Source: an uncultured Chloroflexia bacterium
Lineage (GTDB): Bacteria > Chloroflexota > Dehalococcoidia > GIF9 > AB-539-J10
DNA: 64,000 nt
Direction of reading: 5' to 3'
Assembly (NCBI GenBank): GCA_963769975.1
Contig: CAVYNS010000008.1
Coordinates: 31,686-95,685, forward strand
Shown here: in pieces, positions 1 to 8,709 of the stretch
Position numbering within the stretch: position 1 is the first letter of the stretch
Layout of the letters: each line of letters starts with the position of its first letter
The notes under the pieces: model-generated
Databases searched by the model: none
The model's input: only the letters and a program-made list of their open reading frames with translations
Told to the model about the DNA's origin: nothing
Position numbers and translations under genes: made by a program

Positions 1-2
1 AG

Positions 3-2258
3 GTCATTGATGTACTCAGAAAATGGGGGTTCTGGGAAGATGTCAACAGTTGGAAGCCATATGGCAACGTCCAAAATAATAGAGGTATAGTTGGTAATCA
101 ACAGAGTTCCCCCGTTGCTGCACTGGTCGAAAAAATAGTTAATTCAATTGATGCTGTGCTTACCGGGGAGTGTTTCAGGGTAGGTATTGACCCGACGGGT
201 GCGATGGCTCCTAAAACCATGCAAAACGCCATTGGGCAGTTTTTTCAGGTCAAGGATGGTCGTGTTGAGAACTTGGGCCCTTCTCAACGAACAAAGCTAG
301 CTGAAACGATTGTTTTAGTCGCCACAGGAACAAAGGAAAATCCAAACTACGTATTAATCGACCAGGGTGAAGGCCAATGTCCTGATAGATTTGAATCAAC
401 ATTTCTTTCTTTACTTAGAGACAACAAGACACGTATACCTTTTGTACAAGGTAAGTACAATATGGGTGGCACAGGAGTTCTACAATTCTCTGGAAAGCAT
501 AGCTTTCAGCTCATTATATCTAAGCGACAGCCATGGATTAGCCAGACTAGCGCAACGTTGGCTGATAAGTGGGGATTTACATTAACTAGGCGATTGGAGC
601 CAAATGCAGACCAGCCTCAATCCAGCTATGTCTTTCTCGCTCCGAATGGCATGATTCCCTTTTTCGGTGGCGATACTTTGGAATTGCTTCCTGGCAAATA
701 TCCTTATGCTCATCAACAGGCGATGCAAGCTGGGACCTGCATAAAGCTTTGGAATTACAAATTTCCTGGAAGAATTAAGTCTATCGCAACATTGGATCTT
801 AGATGGGCTCTTGAGCGGCATCTTCAAAATCCTGCCATTCCAATTCGCATTTCGGAGCGGAGACAGGGGTACAGAGCTCACTACTATGATACTACAATGT
901 CAGGGATGTTGACAGTTATCGCAGATAATCCAGAGGATATTGAGAACGGATTTGATACTGGGAGTCCGCTTGATGTGCCTGGAGTAGGTCATCTTGAACT
1001 AAGACTAATCGTTTTGAAAGATACCGTCAGTGATGATAAATATACTACGGGAATATTTTTTAATGTCAATGGTCAGATGCATAGCGACCTGGGAAAGGAT
1101 TTCATTTCGAGGAGATCGAACCTGGATTATGTTGCTGACAGCATGATAGTGGTCGTAGATTGTTCAGCCTTACCCACGACCGTGCGCGAAGACTTATTTA
1201 TGGGGTCTAGAGATCGAATGCGCCAATGTGAAGAACGACAGGCTATAGAGTCTGCGATCGGGGAATATCTAAAAGACCACCCTGGATTACGCCAGCTTAA
1301 TGCCTTGCGCAGACAAAATCTTACGGCGGCGGCAATAAGTGATGAACACACATCGGAGATATTTCAAGAACTTGTAAAGGGCGACCCAACCCTTGGCGCA
1401 TTATTTGGGGCTGGGAAAAAACTGAAATTACCTGCCGGAGTAGTTCCGGAGCAGATACCCTATGAGGGATTAAAATTCCCCACATTCTTCAAACTAGTAC
1501 ATGAACCAAAAGAGGGATTAACAAAGCTATGTCCAAGAAATCATACCTGCCGTGTCGAATTTGAAACTGATGCCTCCAACGACTATTTCTCTCGGATTTC
1601 AGAACGCGGTCATTTCACGGTGAAGGGAGTGGTGGCACCTCTCTCGAGCGTTCATTTGTGGAATGGTAAAGCTAATGTTAGGTTCGCACCACCGGTTGGA
1701 GCGAATCCGGGTGATCATTATTCTATCCAGATTGAAGTTTCAGACCCGTCACGTGTAATCCCGTTTCAAGCGCAATTCGTGATGGTGATTGAGGCTGATG
1801 CACCGTCTTATCCACCTGGTGGTACCCCAAAACCAAAGGGATCACAACTGATGGGTATCCCCAATGTGAAAGAGGTACGACGAGATCAATGGGCTAAACA
1901 TGGGTTCGACGAGACTTCTGCCTTAGCAGTCAAGAGAGGAGAAGAAGAACAGTTGGACTTTTTTGTCAATATGGATAACATATACTTAAAGAATGAGATA
2001 GCACGTCGCAAAAGCACCGAAAAAACTCTCATTGAGTACTATTTCAAGTATGGGCTAAGTTTGTTGGCGTTAGGGATACTACACATAAAACGTGAATCCG
2101 CAGAAAAAACGGAGGAAGAAGTAACCGACAAAGAGAGCACTGAGTGGCCGCCTCAAACAGTAAAAGATGCGATAGCTGCGGCCTGCAGAGGGTCAGCTGT
2201 AACAATCATTCCCATTATAATTCAACTCGGCAAAATCTCCGCTAAAGCGGGGATCTAA
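3..2258 (+). CDS. GHKL (MORC/HSP90/MutL-like) ATPase domain protein, 5' end outside the window
   Basis: The frame is open from base 3, upstream of the tracked start at 156. It adds the N-box EKIVNSIDA, followed by G1 DQGEG and G2 GKYNMGGTG. Confidence 0.8.
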   Translation, partial: VIDVLRKWGFWEDVNSWKPYGNVQNNRGIVGNQQSSPVAALVEKIVNSIDAVLTGECFRVGIDPTGAMAPKTMQNAIGQFFQVKDGRVENLGPSQRTKLAETIVLVATGTKENPNYVLIDQGEGQCPDRFESTFLSLLRDNKTRIPFVQGKYNMGGTGVLQFSGKHSFQLIISKRQPWISQTSATLADKWGFTLTRRLEPNADQPQSSYVFLAPNGMIPFFGGDTLELLPGKYPYAHQQAMQAGTCIKLWNYKFPGRIKSIATLDLRWALERHLQNPAIPIRISERRQGYRAHYYDTTMSGMLTVIADNPEDIENGFDTGSPLDVPGVGHLELRLIVLKDTVSDDKYTTGIFFNVNGQMHSDLGKDFISRRSNLDYVADSMIVVVDCSALPTTVREDLFMGSRDRMRQCEERQAIESAIGEYLKDHPGLRQLNALRRQNLTAAAISDEHTSEIFQELVKGDPTLGALFGAGKKLKLPAGVVPEQIPYEGLKFPTFFKLVHEPKEGLTKLCPRNHTCRVEFETDASNDYFSRISERGHFTVKGVVAPLSSVHLWNGKANVRFAPPVGANPGDHYSIQIEVSDPSRVIPFQAQFVMVIEADAPSYPPGGTPKPKGSQLMGIPNVKEVRRDQWAKHGFDETSALAVKRGEEEQLDFFVNMDNIYLKNEIARRKSTEKTLIEYYFKYGLSLLALGILHIKRESAEKTEEEVTDKESTEWPPQTVKDAIAAACRGSAVTIIPIIIQLGKISAKAGI

Positions 2259-2274
2259 AGCTTTTCTCAGTTGA

Positions 2275-3495
2275 TCAGACTATTGGGCGGTGGATCATGA
2301 GAACCTCGTGGCTTGAGAATTGTCTATCATGTAAATAGGCATACCATCTCCGATTTGGCACTATCCTGGTGGCAATATTAGAAGTTTCTGACTCGGTAAT
2401 ATCGATTGGCTCAAATCCTGCCTTGGACATTGTCAGAAGGTATCTTCTTCTAATGGATTCTTCATCTGGAAAAGCCACGAGCTGAACTAAGATAGTCTTA
2501 GGGGTAACCAACTTCCTTAAGTTTAAGAAGGCCTGAAATAAGTTTTGAAAATACTTTTCTTGCCCTATTCTCGAACGAGGTCCCATCGTATAGAACGATG
2601 GTGAATACCCATCTTTCAATGTAGCAAGCCAATAGTGAGCTGAAGTCTCACGCCGTCCAAGTATCTGCCATTTGTTATATAGGACATGGATTTGCGGATA
2701 TGGTGGAGAGGTCAACACCAGAGTTGGCTTTGGGAAGACAGATGATAGGATTTTGTCAACAGCTGAGCCTGCTGCGGATCCGAGATAAAGTTGGCGCATT
2801 GAGGTCACCTTGTTCTTAGGAATATTACTCGATTTTGCCGTTTTCACAAATTCATCAAGCCCATCTATCATCGACGTTACTAATCGACTAAAAGTCGTTT
2901 TTACTTCATCAAGGCCTGGTATCATGTATTTACAATCCAAGGCTAACTGTCCAGTTCTAATGACTACGCATCGAGCAAATCTCTGTTGACGAGGGAACCG
3001 TAAACCTGAAGCTAAATTGCTTGCCCTGGTAAGAAATTCTGCAATATCAGACGGCATGTTTAATAACGGACTTTGCTTTGTAATTATGTTCATTAATGAA
3101 GTTATTCTTTGTGGCTTCAATACATCGTCAACCCATCGTAGAATAGAATCAATGTCATTCGAACTCAAAGGTGTAGTTTTAACTTGAGATGTGAAGTAAG
3201 CTAAGGAATTTAAATCTATTCCGATAGCACGACGCCCCAGTGCTACTGCTTCAACGATTGTAGTTCCTCCGCCGACAAATGGGTCAAGAACACAATCGTA
3301 CGGCTCCGTGAAATTCAGTATAACTTGACGAACGAATTCTGGATTGAATCTAGCTGGATAGCGATAGAAATTGTGAGTTAAACCATGAACCGGCCTGCTC
3401 GAGGCAATAGCCTCTCTCAAGCTATCAGGCATTAGTACCGAACTGATTGTGTGATCACCAGAGTGATTAGCGTATGGCTTTAGTAAATCTTCCAT
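2275..3495 (-). CDS. Site-specific DNA amino-methyltransferase (m4C/m6A, motif I before motif IV)
   Basis: DPFVGGGTT SAM-binding motif I, then TSPPY catalytic motif IV; N-terminal HNFYRYPARF segment. Confidence 0.88.
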   Translation of the reverse strand: MEDLLKPYANHSGDHTISSVLMPDSLREAIASSRPVHGLTHNFYRYPARFNPEFVRQVILNFTEPYDCVLDPFVGGGTTIVEAVALGRRAIGIDLNSLAYFTSQVKTTPLSSNDIDSILRWVDDVLKPQRITSLMNIITKQSPLLNMPSDIAEFLTRASNLASGLRFPRQQRFARCVVIRTGQLALDCKYMIPGLDEVKTTFSRLVTSMIDGLDEFVKTAKSSNIPKNKVTSMRQLYLGSAAGSAVDKILSSVFPKPTLVLTSPPYPQIHVLYNKWQILGRRETSAHYWLATLKDGYSPSFYTMGPRSRIGQEKYFQNLFQAFLNLRKLVTPKTILVQLVAFPDEESIRRRYLLTMSKAGFEPIDITESETSNIATRIVPNRRWYAYLHDRQFSSHEVLMIHRPIV

Positions 3496-3581
3496 ATATC
3501 AACTCTGGCCATATTAATGATGTGACTCGTTATAAGCAGTGCTTCGATACGACTACTTTATCTTTCTCTGGGCGAGGTTCC

Positions 3582-3785
3582 TCAATATTTTCGTTTAGCA
3601 TCCTCAACCGGACGTGGCGTTTTCAGAGTATCTAATTCACTCTTTTTAACCAGGCGTTTACGGTCATCAAGCGGATCGAGGGAGACTTTTAGTAGGCCCT
3701 TGTTGATAAGACGCCGCATTTTTATGTCGCTAATCCCCAGGTATCTGGCAGCTTCTCTTAAATTCAGATATACGTCGGAAGCCAT
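3582..3785 (-). CDS. Small excisionase-like (HTH_17/MerR-type) DNA-binding protein
   Basis: YLNLREAARYLGIS...RRLINKGLL pattern; GGGAG RBS before ATG 3785. Confidence 0.8.
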   Translation of the reverse strand: MASDVYLNLREAARYLGISDIKMRRLINKGLLKVSLDPLDDRKRLVKKSELDTLKTPRPVEDAKRKY

Positions 3786-3808
3786 AAATTGTACTCCCAC
3801 CATGAATA

Positions 3809-3844
3809 ATTTTAGAGATGTTATGATATATTGTCAATAACATC
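3809..3844 (-). promoter_or_regulatory. sigma70 promoter with overlapping operator-like inverted repeat for the HTH-MTase operon
   Basis: TTGACA (3837-3832), 17 bp, TAAAAT (3814-3809). Perfect 8-bp inverted repeat GATGTTAT (3817-3824) / ATAACATC (3837-3844) spans the -35. Confidence 0.7.
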
Positions 3845-4046
3845 ATTATATATTGTAAAGTATTGATAGATAATGTAATATAGTATTCCAGTGGGACCTC
3901 GGTCCTCTTGGGTCGTACGCTGGGCGGCTGCACTTTTCTGATCTTTACGCAATCGGACAGACAGGTACGATTTGGTCCTTTAGCGTAGTGTTCAGCGGGA
4001 GAGAGCGAGTGCAGAGCGGCATCGTCATCGTCCGTCCAGTCGTCAA

Positions 4047-4116
4047 GCCGAATTCCAGGGATACCATGCCAATTAGGCCTACTACAGATTAGGTATTATG
4101 TCTATGTCCTCGGAAT
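4047..4116 (+). repeat. ~60-bp imperfect hairpin repeat, copy R1
   Basis: gccgAATTCCAGGGATACCATGCCAATTaggcctactacagATTAGGTATTATGtctatgTCCTCGGAAT; aligns with R2-R5. Confidence 0.8.
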
Positions 4117-4153
4117 ACTAGAACGTGACATTGTGGGTTGTAATGCGCTAGAT

Positions 4154-4218
4154 AAAAAAACCCCCCCTGTCATAAAGGCAACTCGCCTCTATCCCAGAGG
4201 AGGTTTGCTAATAACTAT
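4154..4218 (-). ncRNA. Candidate small RNA (promoter, hairpin, U-tract; no ORF)
   Basis: Lies just downstream of a strong promoter. AAACCTCCTCT can pair with AGGGGGGGTTT, whose G-run is followed by a T7 run. Confidence 0.35.
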
Positions 4219-4222
4219 ATAT

Positions 4223-4251
4223 ATATTATAACAACCAGTTTGATAAGTCAA
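4223..4251 (-). promoter_or_regulatory. sigma70-type promoter
   Basis: TTGACT (4251-4246) and extended -10 TGTTATAAT (TATAAT 4230-4225, or TAATAT at 17-bp spacing). Confidence 0.55.
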
Positions 4252-4275
4252 GCGCCAAAGTATTTGCAGGGATCG

Positions 4276-5025
4276 CTATGATTTTTCACCGATGGCTTGA
4301 ATGATTTCTTTGACGATAGGGTGCTCAGAGTTCAATCCGCAGGCTAGGGTTGGAAACTGTGGATTTTTCGGATTATCGACATAGTATGTCGACAGCATTT
4401 TCCTGTCGATGGCGATTTGAAGAGCCTCTTGTGAGTCAGGTTCATTCCCAAATACTTTCTCCCGCACCATCTTTACAGAGAGAAATCGGTGGCCTGCCTG
4501 AAGGTCTCGAATGCGCCGAATAAAGGGGATCCAGTCATAGGAGATTGATCCCGGTATTGGCTTTGATTCAATTGGAATGGTTTCCACTGATTTTGCCGTA
4601 TTCAGGTTTCTTATTGGTGAAAACTCCACGCTTATTTGGTCCTTCAAGGTTCCGAGAAAAGAATCAATCTCTGCATAGACTGCCTCCCGAGCTTTACTTT
4701 TTTCTGGTTCAGACAATCCTTTCAGGGCTTCATCGAGGCCTGCCGCTGACCGTTGGATGATTGTCGGGCGCAGACTCTCGATGTGACCTCTCGCACCACT
4801 CTGAAACACTTCTTGGACAGTTTGAATAATAGGGCGAATCATATCCTTCGAGGCTACTTCGGTAACCTTTGCGGAGGCTTCGATCCTTGAAATGATGTTG
4901 TTCAATGAGTTGTATAGGTCATTAGTTCTTCGGTAGAAATACAACGAAAGCCATATAGCGACAACACCAAGAACCACTGCAGCGACTGCCAAAATAAAAC
5001 CAACTACTTGGATGGTTGTTTCCAT
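4276..5025 (-). CDS. Hypothetical protein: N-terminal TM helix, coiled coil, C-terminal globular domain
   Basis: AAGGAG RBS before ATG 5025 (METTIQ); hydrophobic VVGFILAVAAVVLGVVAIWLSLYF. The longer tracked start would run through repeat R2. Confidence 0.7.
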   Translation of the reverse strand: METTIQVVGFILAVAAVVLGVVAIWLSLYFYRRTNDLYNSLNNIISRIEASAKVTEVASKDMIRPIIQTVQEVFQSGARGHIESLRPTIIQRSAAGLDEALKGLSEPEKSKAREAVYAEIDSFLGTLKDQISVEFSPIRNLNTAKSVETIPIESKPIPGSISYDWIPFIRRIRDLQAGHRFLSVKMVREKVFGNEPDSQEALQIAIDRKMLSTYYVDNPKNPQFPTLACGLNSEHPIVKEIIQAIGEKS

Positions 5026-5048
5026 AACATCTCCTTCCGGGTCTCCGG

Positions 5049-5107
5049 GAATTCTAGGGACACCATACCAATTAAGCCTATCACGAATTAGGTATTGTAT
5101 GCCCAGA
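5049..5107 (+). repeat. ~60-bp imperfect hairpin repeat, copy R2
   Basis: GAATTCTAGGGACACCATACCAATTaagcctatcacgAATTAGGTATTGTATGCCCAGA. Confidence 0.85.
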
Positions 5108-5188
5108 TTACCAAAGGGTAACAATCACCTGAGAGCTTCTCATATTGTAACATTATGTGAGAACAGCGGTCAACGAAATCGGGCACAT

Positions 5189-5252
5189 GCCGAATTCCAG
5201 GGACACCATACCAACCAGGCCTGCCACAAATCAGGTATTATTGCCCCGAATA
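5189..5252 (+). repeat. ~60-bp imperfect hairpin repeat, copy R3
   Basis: gccGAATTCCAGGGACACCATACCAACcaggcctgccacaAATCAGGTATTATTGCCCCGAATA. Confidence 0.85.
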
Positions 5253-5556
5253 TTATTCTCTAAGTAATGCTTCGTTCACCCGCTCATTTTGGGGTGACTC
5301 TTCAGATTTGCGATTATTGGCTACATCGAGATACGCTAGAGACATTGAAGGGCGGGGGGAGCTACGAGCTCTTCTCCTGACTCCTGACTACTGTTTTCGA
5401 GCTCACACCTCAGCATTCCTCAACTAGCCTGAGGACATCGCACCAGCCTGAGTCAGGAAGTCGTTCATGGGACAGGAAGAAGGCAACCGCTTTTGTGATA
5501 TAATCGCAGCAAGGGCAGACCAAGTAAATGTGGTCAGACTGCCACAGGTTATTTGC

Positions 5557-6078
5557 ATGGTCAATAATAAATCACTTATTCCTGTCGATAGGATTGAGAA
5601 GGCAATTCTGTTAATCCGTGGGCAAAAAGTTATACTCGATGCCGACCTGGCAGCGCTTTATGGAGTTGAGACCAAGATGCTTGTTCGAGCAGTCAAACGG
5701 AATATTAACCGCTTTCCGACTGATTTCATGTTTCAGCTCAGCAAGGAAGAGTTCGATAACTTGAGGTTCCATTTTGGCACCTCAAGTGTCTGGGGTGGGC
5801 GACGCTATCCTCCATATGCCTTCACCGAGCAGGGCGTTGCCATGCTATCCAGCGTACTGCACAGCCAGCGCGCTGTCCAGGTAAATATTGAGATAATGCG
5901 GGCCTTTATCCGCTTGCGGCAGATGCTAGCAAGTCATGTCGAGCTTGCCCGCAAGCTAGACGCTCTTGAGAAGAAGTATGATGCTCAATTTAAACAGGTG
6001 TTTGAAGCTATTCGGCAGCTTATGGCGCCACCGGAACCGAAACGGCGCCCCATAGGATTTCGAAAAGGCGACGAATAA
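5557..6078 (+). CDS. ORF6N-domain DNA-binding protein
   Basis: [21 protein letters not shown]...[17 protein letters not shown]...[16 protein letters not shown] signature. Confidence 0.9.
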   Translation: MVNNKSLIPVDRIEKAILLIRGQKVILDADLAALYGVETKMLVRAVKRNINRFPTDFMFQLSKEEFDNLRFHFGTSSVWGGRRYPPYAFTEQGVAMLSSVLHSQRAVQVNIEIMRAFIRLRQMLASHVELARKLDALEKKYDAQFKQVFEAIRQLMAPPEPKRRPIGFRKGDE

Positions 6079-6203
6079 AAAAGGGAGGCATTACCGCGGG
6101 ATAAAGCCCACGAATTAGCCTCTCATCGTGATTCCAATATTGGAATAGTAGATATTTTCCTTGTTGTCAATCGTGAGCCCTTCCTTCCCGACCACAGTAA
6201 ATT

Positions 6204-6296
6204 CCAATCACTAATCACCAATTACCAATCACCAATCACCAATCACCAATCACTAATTACTGTTCACTGATTACTCACTCCTGTCTACTGTCCACT
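6204..6296. repeat. Heptamer tandem repeat, (CCAATCA)n decaying to CTGTYYA, about 13 units
   Basis: ccaatca ctaatca ccaatta ccaatca x4 ctaatta ctgttca ctgatta ... read directly from the sequence. Confidence 0.9.
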
Positions 6297-6402
6297 AAGC
6301 GACATTTTCCCCTTGTTCTAATAAAGAATTCATGCTAATTTCTGTTTGGAATTCGTGTGCTACCCTGACAAATCAAGTCCCGCGGGTGAGGTTTCTCAAA
6401 AC

Positions 6403-6771
6403 GTGACTGTAAACCAAACACAGATTAAAAGCAAGCGCGGTGGCCAGAAAGGCAACCGGAATGCCCGCAAACATGGCTTCTATTCCGGTACCCTTAGCCC
6501 TGCCGAAACATCCCAATTGTGGAACATTACCAATCTGGAAGGCGTTGACCCTGAAATAGCGTTCATTCGCGTCAAGTTACAGTCTTCTCTTCAGTACGAT
6601 CCTGGTAACCGCCGCGTAATCAGAGAAGCCTCCAGGTTAATCGTAAAATGGTATTCTGGAATTTACCGGTTGGACCCAGCCGACCGCAGCTACCTGAAAA
6701 CTGTTGTCGAGAATCTTTTAGAAATTGCCTCCATGCGTCACTCTGCCAGCCTGCACAGCCCACAAATATAA
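6403..6771 (+). CDS. Hypothetical protein with a GGQxGNxNARKHGFYS motif (as in phage terminase small subunit N-termini)
   Basis: KRGGQKGNRNARKHGFYS; GAGG RBS before GTG 6403. Confidence 0.6.
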   Translation: MTVNQTQIKSKRGGQKGNRNARKHGFYSGTLSPAETSQLWNITNLEGVDPEIAFIRVKLQSSLQYDPGNRRVIREASRLIVKWYSGIYRLDPADRSYLKTVVENLLEIASMRHSASLHSPQI

Positions 6772-7027
6772 GGGGCAAATGCTGACGAAACGAATCGTGT
6801 GTACTTTAACAACTGAATCTTCCGGAGGCAGTCGCCTTACGTACGAAAAAGAACTGTTGAACCCCAGAAAAAATAGCCATTTTTACAAAACGAATCACCC
6901 CGGAAAGGGAAACAACGATGGTCTTGGCGGTCTCACGATTGAAAGCACTTTCCTGGCTATTTCTGTCCCAGCAACGTCCTTTGCTATAATTGATAACACC
7001 GGCGCCCGGCGCAGCTATAAAGTAAAG

Positions 7028-7654
7028 ATGGATAATCGGAACGGCGAGTTGTTAAGGCTAACCCTGAAAGAACGTGATGCCGGGGCTGTGGTGCTGGGGC
7101 GAGCCTTCGCAGAATACGAGTTGCTCCGGTACTATTTCCACGATGAGACGGAGCGGCGGGCAGCAGCCGATACGTTCGCTTTCATTTCACTTGCGCTCTG
7201 TCTGAAATACGGCGAGGTCTATGCGTCTTCAGAGAAGCTGGAGGGCGTGGCAGCCTGGCTGCCGCCGGGGAAGTCACCTTTTGGAGGCTGGCAAATTATA
7301 CGCTCGGTCCCGCTCTCGATTCTTTTCAGATTTGCACGCCAGGGGGCAAGCCGAATGCAGGCTTACGGTAGATTCGTAGATAATCTCCACCGCAGGCTGG
7401 TCCCGTACCCTCACTGGTACCTGCAAATCATCGGAGTAGACCCGGCATACCAGGGACAGGGATTTTCCAGCCGGCTGCTGAGGCCGGTGCTGGAACGTAT
7501 CGACCGCGAGCGGATGCCGTGCTACCTGGAGACGAATGCCGTGAAGAACGTGGCTATCTACCGGCGGTTCGGATTCGAGGTTGTTTCCGAGGATAAGATG
7601 CCAGGAACGGAAGTGATGGTGTTTGCCATGTTGAGAAAAGCCCAAACCCCGTGA
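7028..7654 (+). CDS. GNAT family N-acetyltransferase
   Basis: HWYLQIIGVDPAYQGQGFSSRLL (motif A), CYLET, YRRFGF. Likely start MDNRNG at 7028. Confidence 0.88.
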   Translation: MDNRNGELLRLTLKERDAGAVVLGRAFAEYELLRYYFHDETERRAAADTFAFISLALCLKYGEVYASSEKLEGVAAWLPPGKSPFGGWQIIRSVPLSILFRFARQGASRMQAYGRFVDNLHRRLVPYPHWYLQIIGVDPAYQGQGFSSRLLRPVLERIDRERMPCYLETNAVKNVAIYRRFGFEVVSEDKMPGTEVMVFAMLRKAQTP

Positions 7655-7661
7655 ACCTTCA

Positions 7662-7723
7662 CAATCCCAGCGCCACCACCCCAATCAAACCAGCCACAAA
7701 TCAGGCATTATATCCCCTGAATA
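7662..7723 (+). repeat. ~60-bp imperfect hairpin repeat, copy R4 (degenerate left arm)
   Basis: CAATCCCAGCGCCACCACCCCAATcaaaccagccacaAATCAGGCATTATATCCCCTGAATA; starts 8 bp after the GNAT stop. Confidence 0.8.
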
Positions 7724-7738
7724 CCTATGTAGTCTGCC

Positions 7739-7777
7739 GCCACAAAAACTTGACAGAATTGTGGCATATGTTATGAT
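7739..7777 (+). promoter_or_regulatory. TA operon promoter with operator inverted repeat
   Basis: TTGACA 7750-7755 and extended -10 TGTTATGAT. A GCCACAA/TTGTGGC inverted repeat flanks the -35. Confidence 0.6.
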
Positions 7778-7855
7778 AATAGTGAGAATAGTGGGAAATG
7801 GTGCAAAATGGGTTCAACCCACATTTCAGCTAATTAATGTGTAACGGGAAATAAG

Positions 7856-8155
7856 ATGGCAACTATAATAAAAGACCAGAATCTAGTAAGAGTGGGCAAG
7901 CCTGTCACGCCGGATTCCAGGAAGCGAGTGGTTTTGCCCAAAACAGTAGTGCAAGAAGGTATTACCTATTTCATATATCATAATAGCCTTGGGCAGATAA
8001 TACTGGACCCGCAGGCAAGCATACCTGCTTCTGAGTTATGGGTATTTGAAAATAAAGATATTTTAGCTTCGATCGATAGGGGCATACGTGAGTCACTAGA
8101 TGGGAAAACAATAAATCGTGGCTCATTTGCAAAGCAAGTAAATGACGCACCGTGA
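7856..8155 (+). CDS. Putative antitoxin, AbrB/MazE-like
   Basis: PDSRKRVVL swapped-hairpin-like motif; overlaps the downstream toxin-like gene. Confidence 0.6.
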   Translation: MATIIKDQNLVRVGKPVTPDSRKRVVLPKTVVQEGITYFIYHNSLGQIILDPQASIPASELWVFENKDILASIDRGIRESLDGKTINRGSFAKQVNDAP

Positions 8156-8468
8156 GCTACGTTTTACGCTTGAAGCTGATAAGCAACTAACAATCATTGA
8201 GAATGACTCATCCCTTAAGAGTGTACAGAAGCAAGTAAGGAAAACTCTAGGATATTTAGAAACAAATCTCCGTGCAAAATCCTTACAGACCCACGAGTAT
8301 CAATCACTAACCAGGCGTTATGGCATTAAAGTCTTTGAGGCCTATGTTCAACAGAATGCGCCGGGGGCTTATAGGGTGCTCTGGCATTACGGGCCGGATG
8401 AAACAAGCAAAGACGGAAGGCGAATACCCATTATCACTATCATTGCTATAACACCTCACCCTGATTGA
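8142..8468 (+). CDS. Putative RelE/ParE-superfamily toxin
   Basis: 108 aa; LRFTLEADKQL...AYRVLWHY...IIAITPH is a RelE-like pattern; paired with the upstream small gene. Confidence 0.65.
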   Translation: MTHRELRFTLEADKQLTIIENDSSLKSVQKQVRKTLGYLETNLRAKSLQTHEYQSLTRRYGIKVFEAYVQQNAPGAYRVLWHYGPDETSKDGRRIPIITIIAITPHPD

Positions 8469-8709
8469 CTAATCCCCCCTTGCCCTACCAGCTTTCTTAG
8501 ATACTTCGCTCCGTTGTTTTGCTGTTAGCTTGCTAGCCCTGCCCTTACCGTCTTTTAGACCACCACGGCCACTTGCCAAACCCCAGCTATTTCAGTATCA
8601 TATAATTAACAGCGCTAGGGTGAGTAGCCTTGGCCCGACAGTCTCCCTGGAAAAGAGAGGCTGTTTCTTTTTGAACAAATCCCGCCTCGTAATTATATCT
8701 CTTGGCCAC

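Noticed and set aside
4165-4210. c-di-GMP-I riboswitch suggested by GCAAACC on the minus strand
   Set aside because: It lacks the GNRA tetraloop, the GACGCAAAG junction and the second stem.
5264-5300. Possible half copy of the REP-like palindrome (ATGCTTCG...GTGAC)
   Set aside because: Too short and degenerate to support.
3582-6771. Prophage or ICE, suggested by the excisionase-like, ORF6N and TerS-like genes
   Set aside because: No integrase, structural, replication or conjugation genes, and no tRNA att site seen.
6725-7027. N-terminal extension of the GNAT ORF
   Set aside because: It overlaps the upstream gene and has no domain character; the GNAT-like sequence starts near ATG 7028.
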